From an uncultured Bryobacteraceae bacterium (lineage in GTDB: Bacteria; Acidobacteriota; Terriglobia; Bryobacterales; Bryobacteraceae), in assembly GCA_964247975.1 (NCBI GenBank), contig CAXTWH010000021.1, forward strand, positions 20,316 to 84,315: DNA of 64,000 bases. Reading direction: 5' to 3'. The notes below the pieces were generated by a model, which made no database searches, was not told where the DNA came from, and was given only the letters and a program-made list of their open reading frames with translations. A program made the position numbers and the translations under genes. Position 1 is the first letter of the stretch, and the number at the start of each line of letters is the position of its first letter. Below, piece after piece: positions 9,503-19,529 of this stretch.

Positions 9503-10342
9503 CTAGGAAGGGTTGCTTGCGTTGCCCTGAGCTGATTTCGCTACGGAATCCCATGCCTCCCAGGTTGCTAGCCGCTCAGCATAGGCTGCACGTACCCAAG
9601 GCAAGTTGTGGCTGCCGAGAAACAAACGCAGTGGCGGATTCTCCGCGTCTACCAGCTTGAACATGGCATCCGGCGTGGCGTTGGGATCGCCTCGTTCCAT
9701 AGTTTTCATGCCCTCAAACACCTGCGCCTTCAGGTCCGCGTAAATGTCGAGTCCCGCGGCGAACTTCCCGGATGACGGTCCTCCGAACTCAGTGGCATAA
9801 GCACCCGGCTCAACAATCGTGACCTTGATTCCAAACGGTTTCATTTCTAAAGCCAGGCTCTCATGGATCGCCTCGAATGCCCACTTAGAGGAACAATAAT
9901 AGCCGATCAATGGCATTGTCACGTGACCAAGGGTGCTCGATATACCCAGGATGTGACCGCCGCCTTGCTTTCGCAGCAACGGAAGAACTGCTTGAATTAC
10001 CGAAACCGTGCCGAAGATGTTGGTCTCATATTGAGCTCGAACATCATCCGCGCTGGCTTCTTCGATCGTGCCGATCAGGGGATAGCCTGCATTGTTGAGA
10101 ACCACATCGAGCCTTCCGAAATGCGCGTGTGCTTGCGTCACAGCCGCCTTCACCTGATCGGGCTGAGTCACGTCGAGTTCCAACGTCAGAACGTTTACAT
10201 CGTACTTCCCTTTGAGATCGGCGATGCTTTCCAATGTGCGAGCTGTAGCTGCGACCTTATCGCCACGTTTGAGCGCCGCCTCGGCCCAAACGCGTCCGAA
10301 GCCCCTTGAAGCGCCCGTGATGAACCAAACCTTCGCTGACAT
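9503..10342 (-). CDS. Short-chain dehydrogenase/reductase
   Basis: WFITGASRGFG, NNAG, YCSSK (YxxxK), VEPGAYAT; AGGAGA ribosome-binding site upstream. Confidence 0.92.
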   Translation of the reverse strand: MSAKVWFITGASRGFGRVWAEAALKRGDKVAATARTLESIADLKGKYDVNVLTLELDVTQPDQVKAAVTQAHAHFGRLDVVLNNAGYPLIGTIEEASADDVRAQYETNIFGTVSVIQAVLPLLRKQGGGHILGISSTLGHVTMPLIGYYCSSKWAFEAIHESLALEMKPFGIKVTIVEPGAYATEFGGPSSGKFAAGLDIYADLKAQVFEGMKTMERGDPNATPDAMFKLVDAENPPLRLFLGSHNLPWVRAAYAERLATWEAWDSVAKSAQGNASNPS

Positions 10343-10404
10343 AAAATCTCCTTCCTGACCTTAAGTGCGGCCCGGCAGCCTGCTACACTTGCTTTGGCGT
10401 AACC

Positions 10405-10440
10405 GGAACCACGTTCCAATTATAAATGGAACAATGTTCC
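10405..10440. promoter_or_regulatory. Tandem palindromic operators, probably for the adjacent TetR
   Basis: GGAAC-cac-GTTCC (10405-10417) and GGAAC-aat-GTTCC (10428-10440) in the divergent SDR/TetR intergenic region. Confidence 0.75.
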
Positions 10441-10459
10441 GATTACAAGCTTTCTTTTC

Positions 10460-11107
10460 ATGAAAAAGCAGTTTCCCCTCAATAAGATGGTTACCGAACG
10501 GGCGCACGAGCAGGAGCCTCATGATGCCAAGGCTCGCCCTATGCGTGCTGATGCGCAGCGTAAAATGGGTTCCCTCCTCAGGGCGGCTATGGAGGTCTTT
10601 CAAAAATCAGGAGTGGACGCGCCGGTTCGGGAAATAGCGGAAAAGGCGGGTGTCGGCCTTGGAACGGTTTATCGTCACTTTCCGCAGCGGTCGGATCTCA
10701 TCAAGGCGGTCTTTCAAAGCGAGGTGGATGCCTGCGCGGATGCGGCCTCCGAACTGACGAGCCAGTATGAGCCTGGTGATGCGTTGGCTCGCTGGATGCA
10801 ACGCTATGTGGACTTTATTGCCACAAAACGCGGCCTTGCAGCGGCGCTCCACTCAGGTGACCCGGCCTATAGCGCTCTGCCAAACCTCTTTAAGACACGC
10901 CTGCTTCCAGCCCTCAAAACTCTGCTGGAGGAGGCTGTTGCAGCGGGAGCAGTGCGCTCAGGCATTGACGCCGAAGAATTACTGTATGCCGTCGCAAACC
11001 TGTGCAGAGTGTCTCACGAGAAAGAACCCGCTTGCGCGCGAAGAATGGTTGCGCTGCTGGTAGATGGCCTGCGCTACGGGGCGGCAGGCGAATCGACACG
11101 TTCATGA
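10460..11107 (+). CDS. TetR/AcrR family transcriptional regulator
   Basis: RADAQR, APVREIAEKAGVGLGTVYRHFP helix-turn-helix; divergent from the SDR. The true start may be a downstream Met. Confidence 0.92.
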   Translation: MKKQFPLNKMVTERAHEQEPHDAKARPMRADAQRKMGSLLRAAMEVFQKSGVDAPVREIAEKAGVGLGTVYRHFPQRSDLIKAVFQSEVDACADAASELTSQYEPGDALARWMQRYVDFIATKRGLAAALHSGDPAYSALPNLFKTRLLPALKTLLEEAVAAGAVRSGIDAEELLYAVANLCRVSHEKEPACARRMVALLVDGLRYGAAGESTRS

Positions 11108-11115
11108 TCGGCGAG

Positions 11116-11137
11116 CAGCGGTAAGTGTTTACCGCTG
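11116..11137 (+). terminator. Hairpin just after tetR (possible terminator)
   Basis: CAGCGGTAA-gtgt-TTACCGCTG, perfect 9-bp stem, no U-tract. Confidence 0.4.
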
Positions 11138-11416
11138 GTAGCTCGTGCGGCGAAGCATCCGCCGACGAGGTCCGCACTCAACGGACTACGCTACGGCGCG
11201 AAATCATCGTAAGCAATCGTCGGCCACTACTCAAATTGACGCGCAAACAGCAGATGTGCGCATCAGTCATTTCCTCAATTAAGAAATTAATACTCATAAA
11301 CGCGCTTGAAGGTGTGATGCATCCGTTTAAGGCGATCGTTTTCTGGAAGCTCGCGTGGCTTTGGACTTCAAGCCGCTGAACCGCTACCGATGTGCCCGGA
11401 CTATACCCAAAAAACT

Positions 11417-13018
11417 CTACCGATTCGCCGTAGTCATATATTCTTCATAAGGCCCGACAAAATCTTCAATCCGGCCATCGTGGAAATGCCAGATGCGGGT
11501 TGCCACTTCGTCAATCAAATCTTCATCATGAGTAACCAGCAGCACGGTTCCTTCATACTTTTGAAGCGCCACGTTCAAGGCATTGATGCTTTCAAGGTCA
11601 AGGTGGTTGGTCGGCTCGTCGAACACCAGCACGTTCGGCTTCTGCAGCATCAGCTTGCAGAAGATTAAACGCGCTGCTTCGCCGCCTGAAAGAGCATCGG
11701 TCGGCTTCAATCCTTCTTCGCCGCGGAACAGCATCTGCCCCAGCAGACCGCGAATCTCTTCGCGGCTGGCTTGCGGATCATGCGAATGCAGCCATTCTTC
11801 CACCGTAGTTCCGTTCGGAATGGTTTCGCGATGATCCTGGGCGAAGTACCCGATCTGCGCTTCATGGCCCCATTCCACTTCGCCGGAATCCAGGCCCACA
11901 TCAGAATCGTCTACGCCCGGAGCATTCGCCAGCAGTGCCTTTATGAGCGTGGTTTTACCCATGCCGTTGCGGCCCATTAAAGCGATCTTCTGCCCGCGCT
12001 GCAGCGCCGCGCTGAAGCCTTTAATTACCTCCACGCCATCGTAGCCTTTCACCACATTCTTGAATTCAAGCGCATGGCGGCCCGAAGGACGTTTCTGATC
12101 GAAACGAATGAAAGGGCGTTGGATATTGGAACGGGCCAGTTCCTGGGTTTGCAGCCGTTCCACTTCTTTTTTGCGCGAAGTCACTTGGCTGGCGCGGGTG
12201 CCGGCTGAGAACCGGGCGATAAACTCATTCAACTGAGAAATTTTCTTTTCTCGCTGAGCGTTTTCCGATTCAATGCGGGAGCGAACCTGCGTTTTCTGCA
12301 GCACCATATCGTCATAGCCGCCGGTATACGTGATGATGGTCTGGTAATCAATATCGGCGGTGTGGGTGCAGACGGCATTCAGAAAATGGCGGTCGTGCGA
12401 AATCACAATCAGCGAGCCTTCATAGCGCGACAAAAAATCCTGCAGCCAGTGGATGGATTCAAGATCAAGATAATTTGTCGGTTCGTCCAGCAGCAAGGCT
12501 TGGGGATGCCCGAATAAAGCCTGGGCCAGCAGCACGCGCACTTTTTGGCCGCCCTGCAGTTCGCTCATTTTGCGATTGTGAACATCTTCAGTGATATCCA
12601 AGCCATCGAGCAGCACCGCCGCGTCGCTTTCCGCCGTGTAGCCGTCTTCTTCCGCGACAACGCCTTCCAGCTCGCCCAGCCTCATGCCGTCTTCATCAGT
12701 AAGATCAGTTTTTTCGTACAGCCGTTCGCGTTCTTCAAGCGCTCGCCAAAGCGGTTGGTTGCCCATGATTACTGTGTCAACCACCCGGAATTCATCGAAC
12801 TGAAACTGGTCCTGCCGCAGAACGCCGAGTTTTTTAGGGCGCACCACATTCCCTTTTTGCGGCTCCAGTTCGCCCGAAAGCAGCTTCATGAAGGTAGATT
12901 TGCCGGCGCCGTTCGGACCGGTTAAGCCATACCGACGGCCCGATTGAAATGTGGTGCTCACGTCATCAAACAAAATCTTACCGCCATAGCGCATACTGAC
13001 ATTGCTTACAGAAATCAT
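11417..13018 (-). CDS. ybiT: ABC-F family ATPase (YbiT-like ribosome-associated factor)
   Basis: Two ABC domains (GPNGAGKST / LQGGQ / LLDEPTN and GRNGMGKTT / LSGGE / FDEPTN), no transmembrane segments. Confidence 0.85.
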   Translation of the reverse strand: MISVSNVSMRYGGKILFDDVSTTFQSGRRYGLTGPNGAGKSTFMKLLSGELEPQKGNVVRPKKLGVLRQDQFQFDEFRVVDTVIMGNQPLWRALEERERLYEKTDLTDEDGMRLGELEGVVAEEDGYTAESDAAVLLDGLDITEDVHNRKMSELQGGQKVRVLLAQALFGHPQALLLDEPTNYLDLESIHWLQDFLSRYEGSLIVISHDRHFLNAVCTHTADIDYQTIITYTGGYDDMVLQKTQVRSRIESENAQREKKISQLNEFIARFSAGTRASQVTSRKKEVERLQTQELARSNIQRPFIRFDQKRPSGRHALEFKNVVKGYDGVEVIKGFSAALQRGQKIALMGRNGMGKTTLIKALLANAPGVDDSDVGLDSGEVEWGHEAQIGYFAQDHRETIPNGTTVEEWLHSHDPQASREEIRGLLGQMLFRGEEGLKPTDALSGGEAARLIFCKLMLQKPNVLVFDEPTNHLDLESINALNVALQKYEGTVLLVTHDEDLIDEVATRIWHFHDGRIEDFVGPYEEYMTTANR

Positions 13019-13140
13019 GGTTGGGAACCTGCCAAAAGGGCAACGACTCAGCTTGCCCGAACAGGAGAGGCTTCTTTTATTCTACCGGATCAACAACGGT
13101 TTTGCGCGCTTTCAGCCGTCGCGGGAAGCCGAAAACCAGC

Positions 13141-14145
13141 CTACTGCTGTTGAATGGCATAGCCCGACTTCAATTCGCACTGGTACAGCTTGGTGTGGTC
13201 GGGCGCGACTTCAAGACCGCAGGCTGCCCAGGATAGTTTCAGCGCCGGGCCTAACGGAAACACAATATTCGTTCCGTTCAGGTCGGCTTCAATCGCCGGA
13301 CCTTCCGCCGTGGCGGGCAGGGTAAAGTTCATGGCCGATCCCAAATTAACCGGATAAGACTGTCGAACCATGTCACTGACCACCGTTCGAATCACTTCCG
13401 ACTCCACCAAATATGTTACTGAGTCGGACCAGGTAAGAATATTGGCGTTCAAGGTGCGTCCAGGGCGCGCAAAATTATCGGATTCGATCTTCGTAAAAGG
13501 GCATGGCCCGGCAATGCACGATAAACGGGCATTCTGGAATCCACTGCCTTCCCCGGCGTCAAGCGAAATGGAATGCAGTTTTGCTTTCCATTTACCATCC
13601 GGTGAGCAGGGCTGCTTGTTATCGCAAGGAACGTTGCCGTTACCGGGCAGTTCAAAAGATTTAGCTGCGCTGCCCACGTTCATGGTTGTAACAGATTTCA
13701 CAGTATACCTGACCCGGACATCCTTGATGACCACGGGATTCATTTGCGGCTGAGGCGCGGTTTGCGCCACGAGCGGCTCCAAACGAGCAACGAAAAGCTG
13801 ATTCCGCGAACTATCCAGAATTTCCACCGGCTTATAGTCTTTATGCTTTACGCGGAGAACGATGGTCTGTTCAGCAGTGAGGCCAGGCTGCAGCGTTAAG
13901 CGAAATAGACCCGTTGGACTCGATCTGCCGGTAGCAGTGGAATCACCCCCGGTGGCCGTTACTTCCGCATCAACAATGGGCGTTTGTTTTCGCGGATCGT
14001 TATCCTGCCTTAACACCACGCCTGTTACAGTGACCGGCACAATCTCCGGCAGCTTAGGCCGGCTGAACCAGACAGCAGCGGCGCTGCCGCCGAGAATCAC
14101 CACAACAGCAATAATTCCGAAAAAAATCTTCTGTGCTCGCGTCAT
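13141..14145 (-). CDS. Membrane-anchored hypothetical protein with a carboxypeptidase-regulatory-like domain and a Cys-rich C-terminal region
   Basis: Start set at ATG 14145 (MTRAQKIFFGIIAVVVILGG). N-terminal TM, GVVLRQD...DAEVTA...GLFRL, then six Cys (PCDNKQPC, CIAGPC, C...C). Confidence 0.7.
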   Translation of the reverse strand: MTRAQKIFFGIIAVVVILGGSAAAVWFSRPKLPEIVPVTVTGVVLRQDNDPRKQTPIVDAEVTATGGDSTATGRSSPTGLFRLTLQPGLTAEQTIVLRVKHKDYKPVEILDSSRNQLFVARLEPLVAQTAPQPQMNPVVIKDVRVRYTVKSVTTMNVGSAAKSFELPGNGNVPCDNKQPCSPDGKWKAKLHSISLDAGEGSGFQNARLSCIAGPCPFTKIESDNFARPGRTLNANILTWSDSVTYLVESEVIRTVVSDMVRQSYPVNLGSAMNFTLPATAEGPAIEADLNGTNIVFPLGPALKLSWAACGLEVAPDHTKLYQCELKSGYAIQQQ

Positions 14146-14272
14146 CCTTATTCCAGATAAAAATCCATCATGCGCTATTATGAGCCTAATTCCGGTAAAT
14201 ACAGAGTTCCAAAGGCATGAGGAGCCAATGCACCTCAACCGGTAGATTCCTCATCATTTGAATTAAAATTCC

Positions 14273-15619
14273 GTGGACGCAAAAAAAACTGAACGCTGGC
14301 GGCCCACCCGCCGCACAGCCTTGCACCGCTTTGCCAGTACCGCTTTGTGCCTGCTTCCGCTCGGCGCTGAACTGGCCGGCCCGCAAACGTCCCTGGCAGA
14401 CGACTCCGACTCCCCGGAATACAAAAATTACGCGCTTTCGCCGGAAGACGATGCTCTTCTGGAAGAACTGGAAAAAGCGAATTTCCAATTTTTCTGGGAA
14501 CAGGGCAACCCGGAAACCGGTTTAGTAAAAGACCGCTGCAACACGAGAACGGAAGACAAATCAACCGTGGCCAGTATTGCAGCTACCGGTTTTGGGTTAA
14601 CGGCGCTTTGCATCGGCCAGAAGCGAAATTACATTTCCTTCCCCGAAGCTCGTGATCGAGTGCTGCAATCACTCCGGTTTATCTGGAAGAAAATGCCCAC
14701 GCACCGGGGGTTTTATTATCATTTTGCTGATGTGAAAACCGGCGAGCGGACCTGGGAGTCGGAAATCTCTTCCATTGACACGGCCATGCTGCTTTGCGGC
14801 GTGCTTACCTGTCGGCAGTACTTTCGCCATTCAGAAATAACCCGGCTGGCTTACGAAATTTTTAATCGGGTGGAGTGGACTTGGCTTTCCGAAGACACAA
14901 CACTGCTACCGCATGGATGGACGCCGGAGTTCGGCTTTCTTCCTTATCGTTGGGATTATTACAGTGAGCTAATGATGATGTATCTGTTGGGTTTGGGTTC
15001 ATCCACTCATCCGCTGCCGGTGGAAGCCTGGAATGCCTGGAAGCGGACTACTTTTGAATACGACGGTTTGCGTTATATCGGCTCCTACGCCCCATTGTTT
15101 GTGAATCAGTATTCGCAGGCTTGGTTTGATTTTCGCGGCGAACGCGATAAATATGCCGATTATTTCCGTAATTCCACCATCGCCACCGAAGCGCACCGCC
15201 GGTTTTGCCTGGAGTTGTCGAAACAATTTCCCGATTACAGCGAAGACTTGTGGGGCATCACAGCTTCCGATTCTGAACACGGCTATGTAGTCTGGGGCGG
15301 TCCGCCACAGATGGGTCCCATTGACGGAACTGTGGTGCCAAGCGCGCCCGCCGGGTCGCTTCCGTTTCTGCCGGCAGCAACTCTCCGAGTGCTCAAAAAC
15401 ATGAAAAACAGCTATGGCGAGCATTGCTGGTGCCGCTATGGTTTTGTGAACGCGTTTAATCCTTTAACAAACTGGTACGACACTGATGTGGTCGGCATCG
15501 ACACGGGAATCACCATGTTGATGGCGGAAAACCTGCGTACAAATTTTGTTTGGAATACCTTTATGAAAAATAAAGAAGCCCAGATCGCACTGCAGCGGGC
15601 GGGCTTTGCCAGTTACTGA
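14273..15619 (+). CDS. Glucoamylase-like / GH144-type (alpha/alpha)6 glycoside hydrolase, putative beta-1,2-glucanase
   Basis: Tat-like RR leader; GLVKDR, SIAATGFGL, GFYYHF, SIDTAMLLCG, YSELMMMYLLGLG, LFVNQYSQAW, WGITASD, GIDTG. Confidence 0.8.
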   Translation: MDAKKTERWRPTRRTALHRFASTALCLLPLGAELAGPQTSLADDSDSPEYKNYALSPEDDALLEELEKANFQFFWEQGNPETGLVKDRCNTRTEDKSTVASIAATGFGLTALCIGQKRNYISFPEARDRVLQSLRFIWKKMPTHRGFYYHFADVKTGERTWESEISSIDTAMLLCGVLTCRQYFRHSEITRLAYEIFNRVEWTWLSEDTTLLPHGWTPEFGFLPYRWDYYSELMMMYLLGLGSSTHPLPVEAWNAWKRTTFEYDGLRYIGSYAPLFVNQYSQAWFDFRGERDKYADYFRNSTIATEAHRRFCLELSKQFPDYSEDLWGITASDSEHGYVVWGGPPQMGPIDGTVVPSAPAGSLPFLPAATLRVLKNMKNSYGEHCWCRYGFVNAFNPLTNWYDTDVVGIDTGITMLMAENLRTNFVWNTFMKNKEAQIALQRAGFASY

Positions 15620-17562
15620 GTACTCACTGCCTTGGTTTCCGTCACTAGCTTCCATTCTTCTGCAGCCCGGTTTTTCAACCGTGGAATATCTTCCGGCAGC
15701 AAATACCCGCTATGCGCAAGTGATTGCGCGGCGTTATCGATTTGTTGCAGATAATCCACCTCGTTCCGGTAACGTTCCGCTACCGATCGTCTTGGGTCGC
15801 GCAATCTTTCTCTTTCTTCCTGAGTTTTGGCGAACGGCAAAAACGATCCAATCATGCTGAACAGTTCGTCCGGCGCGCCTAAAGAACTCTTGCGCAGATT
15901 CCAGCCGGTGTAAGTGGCTAATGGCACGCTCACTTCCGGCATTCGAATACCGGACGATTCGTTTCCATCCTCATTCACCTGCGGCACCAGCGCCGGATAA
16001 GGCGGACCTGCCGCTGGCGGCTCCTTAGTAAAATCCAACCGGTAAGCTTCGCGCATATGCATTGGAACAATAACTCCCGGCAGAACAGGAAAATGGTAAT
16101 TCTTCAGCGTCACTAACTGCCCGGCTTCGATGGTTGGTATCTGCGAAGGCGGCGGCTCCGTGCTTTTGGTGATCCAGTTTTGCATGGCAATCAGCAACGC
16201 TCTCATGCCGGCGCGATAATCCACCACGTCCGCCGGATTCTGCGTGGCGGTTGCTGCCGGTGGAATTCGCCCTGGCGTATGCTGTGAACCGGCAAAGAAA
16301 TAAATTCGGGTGCCTGCAATGGGAGGAGCATCGCGCAGCCCATCTTCCGTTGTATGGATGAGCGAAGCACAGCGGCCCCAGTATTCATAGGAACCGTTGC
16401 TTAGGAAAAGCTTCGGAACCGTGTTCGCCGTTTTCTCTTTTTCGAGCAGCGCTTCAGCGCGAAACGGCGGCACATCCACCGGGTAAAACACATTTAAGAA
16501 AGGATGGCCATCACGGGAAGGTTGAGCAAATCGCTCGTTGAAGCTGCCGCGTCCGGCCCCGCCCACATGCGCCCATACTCCATCGAACACGGGTTTTCCA
16601 ACTTCATCTGTATTGAAGCCTTGATATAACAAAGCGCGAAGATAGCGGCCATCCTGGGAAATGCCGAATCCCAAAGTGTTCCTGGCACGTCCGTGCTCAT
16701 CACCTAACGCAGTGCGGGTATCGCCCCGCTTCAGAAAAGAAACAAAATCGCGTATCGCTGCAAATCCCAGCCCGGCCACTGCCGGATTCTTGGCCCGATA
16801 CACCACTTCATAAATGCGCCCCGGTTCAAAACCGGCGCTCATCGTAACGTGCGTTGCATCGGCGAAGTTCCAAGCCGAGCGCGGCAGGAGGGTTCGCGCG
16901 CCGTCAATCTGGTCGCGCACATAAATGGCATTGGCCGGGTCATGAGGATCGGCTGCCGGGTAGCCGGTTTGGGTGCGGTCGCCTAAAGAAATAGTGTTTA
17001 CTTTTTCGTCGCCGGTCCATTCGGAGCGAACCAATCCCGTAATGGTTTTGCCGTGGTCAGTGGCAATGGGCGCGTCCAGTTTTAATAGATGATCGCTCGC
17101 AGGCACATCAAATTCCCAGCCGATCCAAACCAGCGTGAAGCCCTGATTCAACAGAAACCCGTCGCCGAATTCTTCCACAGTTTGGGGATGCGAGGAGCCA
17201 TGCGCGAAATTGAATGTGCTGAGCAATCCTTTGCCGCCGCGATTGGAAATTTCCATCAGGGCGGTACTGTTAGAGCCGGATGCATCACGCGGCTGCAGGA
17301 TGTAAAAATTGGCCGAAAACTCTACTTGGTTCTTTGCATTGCGCGGAGCTAGATCAATATCCGCAATACTTCGATTGGCTGCCGCTTTCGGATCAACTGC
17401 AAAGTGAACGGTTCCTTCCAGTTTTTCGTATGCACCGGCTTTGCCGAAAGACTGCCCATTGAGTACAACGCTGCGTTCGGTGACAATAACTGACTGCACT
17501 GCGGCCCGAAGAAAATTTTGGGCCAGCAACAACGCGATCGTCAGGAAAATGGACCGGATCAT
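15613..17562 (-). CDS. Secreted alpha/beta hydrolase domain-containing protein
   Basis: Signal peptide; YEKLEG...FAVDP, EISNRGGK, GFTLVWIGW, GLGFAAIRD, FGISQDGRYLR, YEYWGR, GTRIYFFAGSQH, PLATYTGWN. Confidence 0.8.
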   Translation of the reverse strand: MIRSIFLTIALLLAQNFLRAAVQSVIVTERSVVLNGQSFGKAGAYEKLEGTVHFAVDPKAAANRSIADIDLAPRNAKNQVEFSANFYILQPRDASGSNSTALMEISNRGGKGLLSTFNFAHGSSHPQTVEEFGDGFLLNQGFTLVWIGWEFDVPASDHLLKLDAPIATDHGKTITGLVRSEWTGDEKVNTISLGDRTQTGYPAADPHDPANAIYVRDQIDGARTLLPRSAWNFADATHVTMSAGFEPGRIYEVVYRAKNPAVAGLGFAAIRDFVSFLKRGDTRTALGDEHGRARNTLGFGISQDGRYLRALLYQGFNTDEVGKPVFDGVWAHVGGAGRGSFNERFAQPSRDGHPFLNVFYPVDVPPFRAEALLEKEKTANTVPKLFLSNGSYEYWGRCASLIHTTEDGLRDAPPIAGTRIYFFAGSQHTPGRIPPAATATQNPADVVDYRAGMRALLIAMQNWITKSTEPPPSQIPTIEAGQLVTLKNYHFPVLPGVIVPMHMREAYRLDFTKEPPAAGPPYPALVPQVNEDGNESSGIRMPEVSVPLATYTGWNLRKSSLGAPDELFSMIGSFLPFAKTQEERERLRDPRRSVAERYRNEVDYLQQIDNAAQSLAHSGYLLPEDIPRLKNRAAEEWKLVTETKAVSTQ

Positions 17563-17646
17563 GAATTTTATAGTAACGGGCAACAGCTAAGACATTCGAC
17601 TTACGACAAATGCCCAATTCTGATTTGGTAAGGTTTTCTGTACGAT

Positions 17647-18867
17647 ATGGCGTTGAACCGGCGGCAACTTGTGAGAGCGCTGGCAGGAACTGCTTTCATG
17701 GTTCCTGCCCGGGTTTTAGGCGCGAATAATCGCATACGCCTGGGGGCAATCGGCGTGGGCGGACGCTGCCAGTATCTTCTGAATCTGCTGCTTAATATTC
17801 CCGATAATGAATTGGTAGCCGTTTGCGATGTGTATGAGCCTCACCGCACCGAAGCGCGCCTGAAGTTTGGGCATAACGCGCGGGAATACGTCGATTACCG
17901 CCAGCTTTTAGATAATCGCGAGATCGACGCGGTAGTAATTGGCGCGCCGGACCATTGGCACGCTCCGTTAACGATTGCCGCTGTGCAGGCCGGCAAAGAC
18001 GTTTATGTAGAAAAACCGGTTACTCATTCCATTGCCGAAGCAGCCGCTTTGGAACAAGCCGTTACCAGCAGCCAGCGCATTGTGCAGGCCGGAATGCAGC
18101 AGCGAAGCTGGCCCCATATCATCGAAGCAAAGGAAATTCTTGATTCCGGAATGCTCGGCCAAGTCACGCTGATTGAAGCGCATTGGTATCAGAACCACTC
18201 CCGGCGACACGCAGGTTCGCCCAATATTGACCCGTCCAAACTTGATTGGAGTTTGTTTCTTGGTTCTGTGAATCCTCAACCGTTTAACGTGCTCCGTTAT
18301 ACGGATTGGCGTTATTACTGGGATTTCGGCGGCGGCATCCTTACCGATTTATTTACCCATTGGGTCGATGTCATCCAATGGTACATGGCTTCCAATCTTC
18401 CGGCTACGGTATCAGCTACCGGCGCTTCCTACGCGTTTCCGGAACGCGAATGCCCGGACACGATTTCCGCTTCTTATCTTTACCCCGGATTTCAGGTGAT
18501 CTTTCATTCCTCGCTGGTCAGCAATCTGGAAGGCGGCGGAATTACCATTCGTGGAACAGAGGGAATGCTGCGGGTGGAGCGTGACGGCTACAGTTATTAT
18601 CCTGAGCCTTCCGGATACACGGAAAGCATGGAACTGCCTCCCCCCAGTCGTCAAGTACGCTTCACCCAGAATGACGGAACCCGCTATCATCTGCAAAACT
18701 TTTTGGATTGCGTTCGTTCGCGCAAAATGCCGACGGCTCCCATCCAGGTCGGCATTGATGCGGCCCGCGCTTCGCATATGGGCAACATCGCTTATCGTGA
18801 GAAGAAAATGATCTCCTCAGATTCGCTGCCGCTCGGAACCGATCGTGAGCGGGAAATCTGCTTTTAA
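17647..18867 (+). CDS. Tat-exported Gfo/Idh/MocA family oxidoreductase
   Basis: NRRQL Tat leader, IGVGGR, APDHWH, DVYVEKP, GGGILTDLFTHWVD. Confidence 0.9.
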   Translation: MALNRRQLVRALAGTAFMVPARVLGANNRIRLGAIGVGGRCQYLLNLLLNIPDNELVAVCDVYEPHRTEARLKFGHNAREYVDYRQLLDNREIDAVVIGAPDHWHAPLTIAAVQAGKDVYVEKPVTHSIAEAAALEQAVTSSQRIVQAGMQQRSWPHIIEAKEILDSGMLGQVTLIEAHWYQNHSRRHAGSPNIDPSKLDWSLFLGSVNPQPFNVLRYTDWRYYWDFGGGILTDLFTHWVDVIQWYMASNLPATVSATGASYAFPERECPDTISASYLYPGFQVIFHSSLVSNLEGGGITIRGTEGMLRVERDGYSYYPEPSGYTESMELPPPSRQVRFTQNDGTRYHLQNFLDCVRSRKMPTAPIQVGIDAARASHMGNIAYREKKMISSDSLPLGTDREREICF

Positions 18868-18877
18868 CTGATTTAAG

Positions 18878-19429
18878 ATGCGCATTTTTCTGTTCACTAT
18901 CTGGGCCGGTGTTTTGCTTGGCAGTTTTGCCTTCGCAACAGATCCGCCAATAGCAAAAACTCCCGAAATCACTTTCGCCGTTCCCGGTCAAGGCCAGCAA
19001 ACCATTGCTCAATACAAGACAAAAGTAATCGCCATTGAATTTCTCTCTACTGCCTGCTTGCCTTGTGAACGATCCGCGCAAAGTCTGACCGCCCTCCAGA
19101 AGGAATTTGGCGGCGAGAACTTGCAAGCCGTTTTAATTGCCGTTAACCCGAATGCCGAAGAAACGGTGGGAGACTTTGCGCACAAACTGCGGCTTGATAT
19201 CCCGGTAGGCTGGACCACGCGCAAGCAGGCCCAGCAATTTTTGAACTACGGCCCAGGACAAACTTTTCTGCTGCCGCAGATTGTTCTGATCAACAATCAG
19301 AACCAAACACGGCTTCAAACAACACCAAGAGAAATGGATGAGCTTCGTCAGGAATCTGTTCTGCGCCGGCGCATTCAAGCCTGGGTAAACGAAAAACCAC
19401 AAAATTCCGTCCCCCGGAACTTCCGTTAA
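18878..19429 (+). CDS. TlpA/redoxin-family thiol-disulfide oxidoreductase
   Basis: Signal peptide, EFLSTACLPC (CxxC), PQIVLIN; 10 bp after the previous gene. Confidence 0.75.
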   Translation: MRIFLFTIWAGVLLGSFAFATDPPIAKTPEITFAVPGQGQQTIAQYKTKVIAIEFLSTACLPCERSAQSLTALQKEFGGENLQAVLIAVNPNAEETVGDFAHKLRLDIPVGWTTRKQAQQFLNYGPGQTFLLPQIVLINNQNQTRLQTTPREMDELRQESVLRRRIQAWVNEKPQNSVPRNFR

Positions 19430-19529
19430 CACAGGAAGTTCTTCTTGCCTGTTTCAAATCTAGTCTGATAGTATTACCCCAATCTAAGTACGAGTTAGCT
19501 CCAGTACCAGCTAACGCAAAGGGGAAGAT

